From: Macrostomum lignano
Lineage: Eukaryota
DNA length: 64,000 nucleotides
NCBI GenBank assembly: GCA_002269645.1
Contig: NIVC01000255.1
Location: forward strand, 186,001-250,000
Direction: 5' to 3'
In this document: positions 1 to 16,788 of the stretch, in pieces
Layout: each line of letters starts with the position of its first letter
How positions within the stretch are numbered: the stretch's first letter is position 1
The notes under the pieces: model-generated
The model's input: the letters and a program-made list of their open reading frames with translations, nothing else
What the model was told of the DNA's origin: nothing
Databases searched by the model: none
Translations under genes and position numbers: made by a program

Positions 1-505
1 ATGCTACAGGGACTTGTACAGCTGCTGCTACAGAGACTTGTACAGCTGCTGCTACAGGGACTTGTACAGCTGCTGTTACAGAGACTTGTACAGCTGCTGC
101 TACAGGGACTTGTACAGCTGCTGCTACAGAGACTTGTACAGCTGCTGTTACAGGGACTTGTACAGCTGCTGTTACAGGGACTTGTACAGCTGATGCTACA
201 GGGACTTGTACAGCTGCTGCTACAGAGACTTGTACAGCTGCTGCTACAGGGACTTGTACAGCTGCTGCTACAGGGACTTGTACAGCTGATGCTACAGGGA
301 CTTGTACAGCTGCTGTTACAGGGACTTGTACAGCTGCTGCTAAAGGGACTTGTACAGCTGCTGTTACAGGGACTTGTACAGCTGCTGCTAAAGGGACTTG
401 TACAGCTGCTGTTACAGGGACTTGTACAGCTGCTGCTACAGAGACTTGTACAGCTGCTGCTACAGAGACTTGTACAGCTGCTTCTACAGAACAATTACTT
501 GTACA
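1..505. repeat. 24-bp minisatellite (unit gctgctacagggacttgtacagct), about 20 copies, runs off the window start
   Basis: The tandem unit is directly visible; it explains the LQGLVQLL ORF. Confidence 0.95.
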
Positions 506-866
506 GCCGACTTTCCAGAAAGGCACAATTATCTGCGTGAATGCATATTTGAGTTGCTTTTTTGGCTCGTTAATTGTTGATTTTATTTAATAAATGCCAG
601 TAAAAAAGTGCAGCAAGCTTCAAGCCCTCTTTATTCCTTAGAGCTGAGATTGAATTTTGCATCAATTCTGCGCAAACATTTACCCCTGATTCAAATGATA
701 AAGCAAAAACTGAGAAAATTTTCTTCTCTCAGAGCTGCTTCTGCGCAATTGCGTTTGTTTAGCCACCTGTCTGCTCGAGTGGATAAATGCTGACTCGCGA
801 TGCCTGCTCAAATTCGCAACTCAAAGTGGCCGCTCCAATCAGCGACTCCCATTGGCGACTCAGCAA

Positions 867-2495
867 ATGCAGCACCGCCAGCTACTCGCTGCCTGCCTCA
901 CCGCAGCCACTGCAGCTCTGCTGCTCACCGGCGCCGCCTCTGCTCAGTGTCCCGGACACGGCTGGACACACCGAGCTCACTCATGCTACAAGTGGTTCAG
1001 CGAGCCGAACTACTGGTTTCAGGCCGAGCAGACGTGTCTGTCTCACCGGGCTCAGCTCGCGTCCATCCAAAGTGAGCAAGAGAACCGACTGGTAGGTCGA
1101 CTGTCTCACTGCAGAGACGCCTGGATCGGTTTGTTCGGCACCGACCTCGACCGTCTGGCCGACCCTACAAGCTACAGGTGGACGGACGGCGTAGGCGGCG
1201 TAGGGAGCTTCGAGAGACACAACTTCTCTCAGCTGGACAGCGTTCACAAGCCTCTGATCCGAAGTGACGGTGAGTGGTGGCTCAACTCACTGTATCACGA
1301 GCGGCACCCGTTTGTGTGCAAGTTGAGCGCCAACTCCAGCAGTCTCGTCGACTTGTGGTGGCGGTCGAAGGGCCGATGTCCCAGCGGCTGGTGGCTGCAC
1401 GACGAGCAGTGCTACGTGATGCCGCAGTTTGAGGCCAACTTCAACGAGGCCAACTTCTACTGCCAGCGAAACTCGTCGCAGCTGGCGTCGGTGCTCACCC
1501 AGTCTGAGCTGGACTTTGTGAACAAGCTCAGCTTCGGAATCGACAGCTGCGAGTCGGCAGAGCTGCTCGACTCGGTGTGGCTCGGCCTCATCAAGCTAAA
1601 CCCCTGCTTCCCTGACAGTGCGGGTCGCGAGCTCTGCTACCAGTGGACGGATTTCTCAGGGAAACACGACAACAAGCTGCCCGCATGGGAGACTGGACAC
1701 CCGGACAGTGCGGACTGGACTGTGAACTGCGTCACGCTGTCAGCTGGTCGACTGCGCAGTGACAGGTGCCACAGCAGGCACAGGTTCGTGTGCAAGACGG
1801 AGGCGTCGGACGGCATTGTGGCTGCGTTCGACTTCAGGAGGGGCCTCGACAACCTGGTGGACCCGCGCACCTTCGCCATTGAGGACCAGTTCGGCGTGAA
1901 GAGGTCGGCAGAGGACGGGGCCTGCTTCAAGCAGAATTCAAGTGCCAGTTATGGGGAGCTCTACAATGTCGGAGCTCCCGTGGCATTCAATGAGTCGATC
2001 TGGAACGCAGCAGAGTGGACCATGTACTTCAGGCTGACTCGGAGCAACGGCAGATGGGTTCGGTTTCTGTCGGTCCTGAGAGACCATTTGCGCCCGAATT
2101 GGAGCCGAAGCCTTTATGCTGACATTTATCAATATCCTGGGGACGGATTTACATTTGATGTTTTTCAACGCGACCTTGGAAACTCAACGCATTTCCTTTG
2201 GCATCACAACACTTACCACTTCAACGGATCGGGCTGTGCTGGCAGCTGGTGCGACATTCGGCTGGCGATGAAGAACCGCATTTTGGCTTCTCCTGCCATC
2301 GGAGAGCCGCTAAACGTTGAATATGGGAACTCGACTCGTGTGGCTGAGGAACTGGGACTGCAGCAGCTGCAGCTGGGAAATATTTATGCATCTTCTTCTT
2401 CTTCCCAGCGGCTCTGCGTGAGGTGCTTCGGAGTCGCCCGCAGGCAGCTGAGCGCCGATGAGGTGCGGCAGGCGATGTCGGCCTTCTGTCCCTGA
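867..2495 (+). CDS. Secreted protein with two C-type lectin domains and a C-terminal LamG/pentraxin-like domain (copy 1), intronless
   Basis: ATG at 867 gives the signal peptide MQHRQLLAACLTAATAALLLTGAASA. CTLD motifs: CP.GW...CY, AEQTC....LASI, WIGL, PFVCK, WLGL, C.S.HRFVCK. The C-terminal RQLSADEV resembles the LamG/pentraxin end motif (inferred). AATAAA follows at about 2520. Confidence 0.85.
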   Translation: MQHRQLLAACLTAATAALLLTGAASAQCPGHGWTHRAHSCYKWFSEPNYWFQAEQTCLSHRAQLASIQSEQENRLVGRLSHCRDAWIGLFGTDLDRLADPTSYRWTDGVGGVGSFERHNFSQLDSVHKPLIRSDGEWWLNSLYHERHPFVCKLSANSSSLVDLWWRSKGRCPSGWWLHDEQCYVMPQFEANFNEANFYCQRNSSQLASVLTQSELDFVNKLSFGIDSCESAELLDSVWLGLIKLNPCFPDSAGRELCYQWTDFSGKHDNKLPAWETGHPDSADWTVNCVTLSAGRLRSDRCHSRHRFVCKTEASDGIVAAFDFRRGLDNLVDPRTFAIEDQFGVKRSAEDGACFKQNSSASYGELYNVGAPVAFNESIWNAAEWTMYFRLTRSNGRWVRFLSVLRDHLRPNWSRSLYADIYQYPGDGFTFDVFQRDLGNSTHFLWHHNTYHFNGSGCAGSWCDIRLAMKNRILASPAIGEPLNVEYGNSTRVAEELGLQQLQLGNIYASSSSSQRLCVRCFGVARRQLSADEVRQAMSAFCP

Positions 2496-2632
2496 GGCTG
2501 CGGACTGCAACTGCTGGTTAATAAACTATAGATGAACAATAAATGAAAATATAAATTATTATTTGACATTTTCCAAAATATATCGCGGTCAAGGGAAAAG
2601 CAAATATATTGCCTTCTCGTTTCTTCTAAAAC

Positions 2633-3632
<1,000 letters not shown>

Positions 3633-4830
3633 GTGATAAATACAATATGAATATATATTGCATGCACGATAAGCAATTATTTAGGCCCTAGACAAACCTA
3701 TTTTTGGAGCGTCAGAGATTTTAAAGCTATTGGCCCTAATCGCCTATCGCCGGTCGGCGAGTCCTACCAGTCTTTCTCCAATAGCCGCAGGTACAGTACA
3801 AGAAAAGAAAGAACACGAGGGAACACGAACCGAAAGATTTAGAGAGTGATAATCCTATAAGAATAGCTAATAAGCAATTGACTTGACGGTTTAATTTGAC
3901 ACATTCAATAGTTACAAGATTCAAATTAAAAGCGGCGCAGATAACTAGAGTTGACAAAACGACAATAACGGTTAATAATAATAATTAAATTACGCAACTG
4001 GCAAGCGGATCTCAGCTGAGAAAGAAGAGGAAGAGGAACCGAACAGGACCACGGAGAAGACTCCTAACCCCTGGCCTAAACCAGAACCTACACTCAACGA
4101 GAGCCTTGCCGAATTGACCGTTCAACGGAGTACTGACTAAATTCTATCGGCACTGCCCTTCAGTGTGACACTGAGGCCCTCTGGGTCGAGGCCGCGTACT
4201 TGATCAGATCCGACAGTCTCTATCTAACCGCGCTTGATAGCGACGACTGCAGACAAGGATTTGCCGTAGACGTTACGCCACAAGACTGAAGCGGTTGGGC
4301 AAGGGAACAAAGTATGGACCGGGGGTGACGAAATCAAACGCCTCAAAGCGCGAACCAAAGGGAAACAGGCCACCGGCCGGGAAGCTGGAACACAAATCAA
4401 AACCGGGGACGGAGCAGGAAAGAGAAGGCGAGATCTGATTGCCAAACACACTTTCATATATAGTCAGAGTCACAACCCCTCAAAACCCCCCTCAAGCCGG
4501 TGGTGGTCGTCTGGCCGGCCGCTTGCTTAAGCCGAATTGCACTGCGCCCGCGGCGCCGGGTAGAACTGGAACTTGCCGCGTGCCAGGGTCCAGGCCGGTT
4601 CTGATTGGCTGGCCGCGCAAAGCTGGGGTTCGCAGAAAAACTCAACCCTCCGCTGAGTCACAGTTGGTGTCTGACTTCTAGCCTGTTTACGCAAAATTGG
4701 ATTCTAACTAACAAGAAAAGTACATTGAAAACGTGACTAACTAAAGCAAAATAATAATTCAATAACAATATAGAAACTAATACAATCAATTAACTAACAA
4801 AATTCACGCAAAAGATGCTCACACTACAGG

Positions 4831-5014
4831 CGGCTGCACAAGTCTCTGTTCTGTAGCACCAGCTGTACAAGTCCCTGTAAGAGTAGCTGTACAAGTTCCT
4901 GTAACAGTAGCTGTACAAGTCTGTAATAGTAGTTGTACAAGTCCCTGTAGCAGTAGCTGTACAAGTCCCTGTAACACCAGCTGTACAAGTCCGTGTAACA
5001 GTAGCTGTAAAAGT
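4831..5014. repeat. Diverged, inverted copy of the 24-bp minisatellite at 1-505 (agctgtacaagtccctgtarcagt), about 7 units
   Basis: Reverse complement of the unit at 1-505. The inner flank is also homologous (tcacgca...cggctgYacaagt...tgttctgtag). Confidence 0.85.
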
Positions 5015-5446
5015 GAAACCTCTAAAACTGTTGAGAATTATGGTATCGTGGTTACCTGGTCAATCAAGTGCTTAAAGTGATTTCTTATCATTCGTGCAGT
5101 AGCACTATAGTTATGAATTGCCTGCATGGCTTACTATGCTTCTACGCTCTCGCAAAATTTTACTAAACTTTTGAGAACGCATCCACAAGAAGAGTTTCCG
5201 ACTGTGTTGGGGGGCAAACGGCAACTGGCGACCCGACCTGGGGCCTGCCTGTGTCCCAAGCCCGCAGCCGGCCTCTCGCTCCCTGATCTTGCAGAGTGTG
5301 GACCGGGGGGCCTGCCGGAGCCTCGCCTGGGAGCAATCCTGGGATAAGACGGCAACCCAAAGCTTCTCTGCTGTTTACCGTGGCAGAGGGTAGCTCCACG
5401 GAGCTGGCTCAATCCAATCCCCCAATCCCCCAACCCTCCAACATAG

Positions 5447-9757
<4,311 letters not shown>

Positions 9758-9759
9758 AT

Positions 9760-11676
9760 CGCTCGCCGCAACGGCAACCAGCCTATCCAGCTGTCGTTGG
9801 GCGCCCTCGACGGTCGAGGACAGCAATGCGAGGTCATCGGCGTAGCCAAGCACGCTGAGCCGTCTCTCTGGTTGGCGTCGACCCACGCGTCACCGCAGCA
9901 GGAAGCCGTCGTCGTTGGAAGGCAGAGCAGTCCGTAGCACCCAGTCAAGCACCAAAATAAATAGGAACGGCGCTAGCGTATCTCCCTGGAGCACCCCGGA
10001 GGATGTCTCGAAGAAATCCGATAGGCCGTCCGGTGTTGAGACAGCAGCCGTCGTGCCGTGGTACAGCGCCATGACAGCAGAAATCAGCAGCTCTGGCACG
10101 TTGTACGCACGGAGCACCTCTGGGAGCGCGTCCCTCACGACCGAGTCGAAGGCCTTCCTGAAATCGACGAAGATCAGGATCAGGGTCAACTGGCGGATGC
10201 GCGCCTCCTCGATGACTCGCCGAAGAGCCAGGATCTGCGTCACTGTGCCGCGATGGGGCCGGAATCCTCATCTCAGGCCGCAGGTCCGGGTCCAGCACAG
10301 GCTGTAGCCGCGATAGCAGCATGCGGTTGAACAGCTTCGCGGCGCAGGACTGTAGGCAGATGCCTCGATGCTCCTCGAGCTTGGTGGTGCCCGGCTTCTT
10401 TGGAATGGCGACGATGTGCGCCGTGGTCCATTCGTTTGGCGCCACCTCACCGGAAAGCACGCGGTTCATCACTCTGGCGACCTCAGTGGCCACGCAGTGG
10501 ATCCGCAGCGCCTCGGTGGGCACCTCGTCCGGATCAAACTTCAAAACGTCGGCTGTGCTGACAGGGGCAACGTTAAAGCTCTCCTCCGCCGGCAACGGCG
10601 TCTCCGGCGGCAGCCTCAGATTTTCTGGAAGCGGAGGGGGCGGCGCGTTGACAATGGCGGCGAAGAACTCGCGCAGCTCGTTCCTGCGCTCATCCGGAGT
10701 GTCGCCTGCCAGGTTGAGCGCAATGCGCCGCTTTCGCCCCGTCAGAGTGTTGATGACGGACCAGGCCACGCGCCCTCTGGCATCGGGCCCTGCGGCAAAG
10801 ACGGCTTGGATGGCGTCATCGACAGCGGACTGCTGCCGCTGCAGGTAGACAGCCGCCAGAGCCTCCTCCGCCTCGCGAGTTTGCCGCCCACTCAGACGGA
10901 GCCTCTCCAGATCTTCCATCGCTTCGTCAATCGCGGGGTCGTCCTGCCAGACCGGCTGCCCGCGCTGGGCCGGTCGCATCAGCGGGATTGCTTGCTCCGC
11001 AGCGGCTCGAACTGCAGCGCTCACCTCCGCGTACTCGGCTCCTCCACGCTTGTCGCCCAGCGCAGTGACAAAGGCACCGGCAAAGCGACGTCGCGTCTCG
11101 GCGTCCCTGAGCGCGTGGTAGTAGCGCCGCGGTGGCCGCTTTGGCGGACGGTAGAGCGGGTCCCGAAGCCGAAGGTCGCAGATGAGCAGCCGATGGTCGG
11201 ACCGCAGAGCCAGCGGCGTAATGGTGCGGCAGTTGGTGACGCAGCGGCGCTCACGAAAGCGCACAAGCACGTGGTCGAGCTGTTCCGCCGCCTCCGCTTG
11301 CAGTCCACGAAGGTCGCGAGCCTGCCCGGTGACTTGCGGAATCTGGTGTTGGCCGACACCATGTCCTGTCTCTCCAGGAAGTCCTCTAGCGCTCCGGTGT
11401 TGCCGTTCTCGCGCGCTGTCACGAACAGCGATCGCTCGGACCTACGCAGAACTGCGTTCAGGTCTCCGAGAATGACCACTGTGTCACGTTGCGCCATCTC
11501 CTCCACCCGCACCGAGAGTTGCTCGAAGAAGGCCTGAGCCTCATCGGAGCGGGTAGCAGGCGGCAGAACAGGCGGGCGTTCCGGCCGCGAAGCCGGACGT
11601 CGACCCGCAGCAGCCGAGAAGACAGTGAGACGCAGCGACAGCTCTGCTGCAGCCTCGGTCCGATCAGCGCTCCAAC
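9760..11676 (-). mobile_element. RTE-clade LINE fragment (APE to RT YADD), truncated at both ends, frameshifted
   Basis: APE: VGALIGP, ILGDLNA, RSDH. RT: HRGICL, VDFRKAFDSV, GVLQGDTLAPFLF, YADD. Near-identical to the + strand copy at 42210-43596. Confidence 0.9.
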
Positions 11677-11720
11677 TTGGCGACGAAGATACACAACAAT
11701 ACACAACATTGGCGACGAAG

Positions 11721-12316
11721 ATGGCAGACTTCAGTCTCAACCCACCAACGCCGTACCTGGCTAGCCCGGGCGAGCCAAGCTGCCCGTGGCCAAGGTGGAA
11801 AAGTCAGTTCGGGATCTATTCAACAGCAACTGAACTGGACAAAACGTCGGAGGCGAGACAAATGGCCGTCCTTCGACACTGCCTCGGGCCGGAGGGCCAA
11901 CGGCAGGCGGAAAGCGTGGAGGCGAACGACATGAAGAAGCTGCTCGAAGAACTGGACAAAATCTTCGTGCCGAACAAAAGCATCATCGTAGCTCGCTACA
12001 GGTTTCGGTGCAGGGAGCAGCAACCAGGGGAGCCGGTGCAGCAGTTCGTCAGAGATCTCCAGCAGCTCGCGGCCGATTGCGCATTCAAGGACCTGACAAA
12101 GTAGATGGTCCGCGATCAGCTTATCGAGAAAACGTGCATGCCACGTATCCGTAAGAGGCTGCTGATGGAACCAGACGACCTGACACTGGAGAAGTCCCTG
12201 CAGCTCGCCAACCAAATCGAGACAGCCATCAACGAAGCCAAGGTCCTCAACGGCATATCAGGGGCGTCTCAAAAGACAGTGCACGCCGTCTCTAAGCAGA
12301 AAGTCCGAACCAAGCC
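11721..12316 (+). pseudogene. Gypsy gag, 5' part (one internal stop), interrupted by the Maverick
   Basis: W..WK..F, LRHCLGPEG, RYRF..R.Q.PGE...FV..L..LA..C.F, RDQLI motifs. Confidence 0.85.
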
Positions 12317-12829
12317 AGTAGTATGAGTTTATGCAACTCTGCCGCACTTGCACTGCGGAGATAGGCGGTAATGTAAAAGGATAGGAGGGCGTAAAAGAGC
12401 CAGCTGAGATAGCCAATTGAAATAAGGGGCGTAGGGTGGGTGTGCGATTGGCTGGGTGGCGGGTGGTGAAACGCTTATGCAACTCTGCCGCACTGGGGGA
12501 GGCAGGTAGCAAAGCAAAGAATTGGAAGGTTTTGGAATAGCAGAGTAAACAAATTAAAAACAAGGTAGGCATAGCGTGGAAACGTCCACCTCAATCTGTG
12601 CCTGGCCTATGCAACTCCTCGGCGTCCCCCACTGTGCTTATCCTATAGCATGCCTATGCAACTCTCACTGTGCAGGGACAGAGAGTTGAGCTCTAAAACA
12701 GTTGTTCAACTCTGCCTCACTATTTGTCAGTGCGGAGTGAAATAGATAAGAGAGAGGCTCGGTCTTCTTGAATGTCTGCCTCTGGCACTGCTAATAATAA
12801 ATGGGCAATAAACTTTGTAACGGGTTGTG
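12317..12829 (+). repeat. Maverick left TIR
   Basis: Reverse complement of 20230-20748 with a few substitutions and indels. Confidence 0.93.
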
Positions 12830-13016
12830 TGGCTGATGCCGACGAGCAGCCGCTGCTTGATGCCGAATAAGCAGAAAATGGGGTGGGTGCTCATTCTGAC
12901 ACCCACCCCACTCCGCTTTGAGGGTATATAAGCCCCCGATTTTTAAATTCAACGGTAAATCTATTTTTTTCTTGAATTCGATTTCCCAAGTTTTTCGAAG
13001 TGATTTTGTGTGAACT

Positions 13017-13751
13017 ATGGATATTAGTGAAGGTTACAGAGTGCAGGTGCAAGAATTCGAAGGCCAGAAATACATTGCGATCAGGAAGTTTTACCGACAT
13101 GGCAGCACAGCAAGCCTCAAGCCTGGTGTTCCTGGCTTCAACCTGAATGTGCAGCAGTGGACGAAGCTAAAGGAGTTAAAGCGCTCGCTGGTGAAGTCAG
13201 CTCTGAACAACGAGGTCAAGGTCATCAAGCTGGGCTTCGACAAATTTGTTCAAGTCAAGGATGGCCTCATCTGGCTGAAGCGGCTGCCTGAGGACTGCTG
13301 TGATGAATTTATGAAGCGTAACACCGTGCCACTGTCTCCGAAGCTCTGGCAGAAGCTGTGGCAGACTTCGGACTGGATAGACCAGCAGCTATCAGAGCCC
13401 TACCAAGGCGCGGGGGCGAAGTACGAGCTGAGCTCATCCGAAGATGAGGACGAAGACGCCACCCTCATACTGCCAGTCAAGACTGAGCCTGCTGAAGGCG
13501 AGGAGGAGGTCGGCTCACCATCGGAGATGACAACCGACATCGAGACTGTGACTTCCACACCTTTGGCCAGAGCCGGCACATCGACTGGGAACATCCCGGC
13601 GGAGGACACGGACCCGCTGTGGCAGGATCCGCTGTGGTACCGATTCCGGGCTCATGCCGCTGAGGTGGAGAACAATCGGAAGCGGAAACTGCCATATCCT
13701 CTGCGCAGGCAGGAGACAATGAAGGTGTCTAAGCTGCGTTTTGAAGACTGA
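13017..13751 (+). CDS. PC4/p15-like ssDNA-binding protein (probably two PC4 folds plus an acidic tail)
   Basis: VQVQEFEGQKYIAIRKFY...LKPG..GFNLNVQQWTKL matches the PC4 signature. A second degenerate repeat ends PLSPKLWQKL. TATATAA lies upstream at about 12925. Confidence 0.75.
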   Translation: MDISEGYRVQVQEFEGQKYIAIRKFYRHGSTASLKPGVPGFNLNVQQWTKLKELKRSLVKSALNNEVKVIKLGFDKFVQVKDGLIWLKRLPEDCCDEFMKRNTVPLSPKLWQKLWQTSDWIDQQLSEPYQGAGAKYELSSSEDEDEDATLILPVKTEPAEGEEEVGSPSEMTTDIETVTSTPLARAGTSTGNIPAEDTDPLWQDPLWYRFRAHAAEVENNRKRKLPYPLRRQETMKVSKLRFED

Positions 13752-14114
13752 GCTGGAGGTTGGATGAGACTGGTGAGACTCAATGGATAATTCAGTTTGC
13801 TTTGCTTTTGTCTAATTTTATTCAGCTAATTTAAGTTTTGACAATTGTCGTAAACGTTTAGTCTTATTTATTCAGGTGTTAACAAACCAAGTTTACACTT
13901 AAATGCATGCAATTTATACTTATTTTCACTACTCAATGTTACTATTTTCTGCAATCTTCTTTTCACGATCACCAACTGTTCGCAATCCCCAAGTTAAAAA
14001 AATATAATAAGTGTACGCTGTATGAGTTTAAATATTGGAATAAAACATGTCTTTAAAAACGCCAATCGTTGTTCTTAAGAAAAACATACCTGTGTACATC
14101 TGGTTCTTTTTCAT

Positions 14115-15193
14115 TTGAGGATGGAAAAAATTTACTTTGACCCACAACAGCCGGCTAGTTTTTCTAGTGCTTCCAAACTGTTGAATGAAGTTAGGAGAAG
14201 AGGAGATCGCAAATCCACTAAGTGCATAGAACAGTGGCTCAGTGAGCAGCCAGTGCACACCCTACACAAGCCAGCTAGAAGGCGATATCCAAGGGCTCCA
14301 ATCATAGTGCGGGCTATCGATGATCAGTGGGAACTTGACTTGGTAGAAATGATTCCATTCGCAAAGTATAATAAAGGCTACAAATATATTCTTGCATGTA
14401 TTGACGTACTGTCAAAGTGTGCTTGGGCCAAGGCACTGAAAAATAAAACTGCTACAGAAGTGAAGTCAGCTTTCGAAAGCATACTGAGAAGTTCAAAGCG
14501 CCAGCCACGCACAGTTCGCACAGATCAGGGGAAGGAATTTATCAACTCCACTTTCCGTCAATACTGCATTGACAGAGGGATTCTGGCTTTCCCAACTAAC
14601 AGCGAGCAGAAGGCGGCTGTCATTGAGCGATGGAATCGGACTCTGAAAAGTAGAATGTGGCGCTACTTCACCTACAAGAGCACACTGCACTGGCTTGATG
14701 TACTGCCTAAGCTAGTAAAATCCTACAACAATACTTACCACAGAAGCATCAAAATGGCACCCACTAGTGTCTGCAAAGAGAATGAATCTGAAGTGTGGAT
14801 GAACCTGTGCGACGGAAAAGCAGTCGAGACTCTAGAAAAATTAAAGAAGCCTAAATTCGCTGAAAACCAGTCAGTGAGAATTTCCAATGCTCCACGGCTA
14901 TTCAAAAAGGGATACAAAGCGAGCTGGAGTGAGGAAGTGTACACCGTGGTGAGCAGAGCCCCAAAACATTATCCCTACATGTACAAGATTAAAGACATGC
15001 GGGGGCAAGAGATTCGAGGACTCTTCCATGAGCACGAGCTGCAGGCTGTCCCAGACTCACATTCTCAATTCTCAATGTGATTGAGAAGATCCTGAAAACG
15101 GAGAAGCGGAAGGGAAAAATTCGCTATCTGGTGAAATGGGCCGGCTACGACTCGACTGGCTGGGTGGATGAAAAAGACTTAAGAAAGGTTTAG
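14115..15193 (+). CDS. Maverick retroviral-like (c-)integrase; C-terminal chromodomain in a shifted frame after about 15075
   Basis: WELDLVEM, CIDVLSK, RTDQGKEF, VIERWNRTLK, YNNTYHRSIKMAP, KKGY..SWSEEVY. The shifted frame reads VIEKILK...RYLVKWAGYD...WV.EKDL. Confidence 0.9.
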
Positions 15194-15212
15194 CTTTGGC
15201 ACATCCCTCATC

Positions 15213-15650
15213 ATGAAGTTTATCTTTATAATGCGAACTATTTTGATTAACAGTGAGCATGCTGAAGGTACTCCTAGTGACTTTAATTTTTACCGCCTTC
15301 ACCTATTTACTTGGATCGAAATTTGGACTATGAGGCAGGTCTGGCTGAAATCCATCTGCCTGCTGCATGGTTCAATGTTGATGAGCCTTACTGCTTCACT
15401 GTCTCAGATGGAAGAGAGCATGAGGCCCTGGTTCTTCAACCCGGACGCTTTGCTAGAGTGGAGGAGCTGGTGGAGCGCCTGAATGAGCTGCTGGCCAACT
15501 CTGATTCGCTGTTCTTTGATGCAATGAGTGACAGGGAGTCTGAGATGGAGGCTGATGGGTCCGGCCTGATGGGGCGTAGTGGCAACAGGGAATTTGGTAT
15601 AAAATTTGAAATCCGGAACTCACGAACTGTGGTGCACAACAACACTCAGC
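15213..15650 (+). pseudogene. Minor capsid (penton) protein N-terminal fragment, frameshifted and truncated by the internal deletion
   Basis: ...NSEHAEGTPSDF...YEAGLAEIHLPAAWFNV resembles Polinton penton N-termini. Confidence 0.6.
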
Positions 15651-16753
15651 ATCGTCGAGCAACTGGAGCGTTGTTGGCGCGGATTTCAGCGCGGAATCAA
15701 ATGATAGACCTGGTGTAGTAAAGTAGTGGGCCGGGTCAAGACCGTCATCATGGAGACTCAAACGGCGAAAGTTCTGAAAAACATCGGCAAGTTGACGGAT
15801 GTCAAGCTGCAGGTAGGCAAGCATGTAGTCGTGCAAATTTTTTGCTTCGATCTGCTCCCAGGCTTTGCGCGCATGAGCATAGCTCTTCTCACTGCAAGCT
15901 GTCTTTGTCAGAGAGTTGAAAAACTCTTCTCTGCTCGGAAGTTCGGTCACTGCCAAACTCGCGGGGGATTTGACGAAATCAAAGGGAAAGACTCCCTTGA
16001 TAGACAAAGTTTCATTAGTTAACTTTGGAAAGCAGCTTTTCATTTGCTGAGTGAATTTTCTGTCCTGGAGAGGTAAGTTGCGAATCAGTTTGTCTAGACC
16101 CGCGTTTAAAAACTGGAATGAATCGAGGAACTGCAGAGTGAAGAAAATTATTTTCTTTTTGCCTTTCGGTAGAGTGATTTCGGCGATTGGGAAATCTACT
16201 CGAAGAGACATATAGCGTTCAGAAGTCTGAGGAATGACACTCAGCTTCCAGTTTTTCATATTTCCTAACGCTGTTAAAAACAGGAGGTGCATGTCATAAT
16301 TTCGGAGATTATGGAAGAAAATCGGCAGAAATCTTCGGCGAAGTTGCGCTAATTTGTTACACCGTGAACATGCGGCGCCTTTGAATTTTCCAGTCAGATG
16401 ATCATGGTCATAGTGCTTGTCATTAGTGTCAGTAAACTGTTGATCACAGTAATGACAGTTGGAGGATTCACTGAAGATTTGACTAGCAGTAGTGTCTGCT
16501 TCAGCCGTTTGGTAGCTGTGCCTTCTGTTCCATTCATAGACTTCTCGAGCCACGCGTTCCAGCTCATGAAGAAACGTTTCCATACACTCGAATGGATTCG
16601 AACTGGAGACCAACTTCACCTGATCTTGATCCTTGAGTGGTGGTCCTTTCATGCCTTCACGAGCAACGAGTAGAAATCCACCCGCTGCAGGCAGATGCTC
16701 ATAAAGACAGTTTTGCCAGTTACCATGCCCTCATCTGGTCTTGCTTGTACATG

Positions 16754-16788
<35 letters not shown>

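Noticed and set aside
1-540. 179-aa LQGLVQLL ORF as a real gene
   Set aside because: It is simply the 24-bp minisatellite read in a stop-free frame; there is no independent coding evidence.
2022-2400. Diversity-generating-retroelement-like mutagenesis of the lectin C-terminus
   Set aside because: Substitutions are not adenine-specific, there is no short template/variable repeat pair, and the nearby RTs are ordinary LINE/LTR enzymes.
3960-4800. Possible LTR or LINE 5' UTR remnant
   Set aside because: No partner repeat, PBS or terminal motif could be supported within the window.
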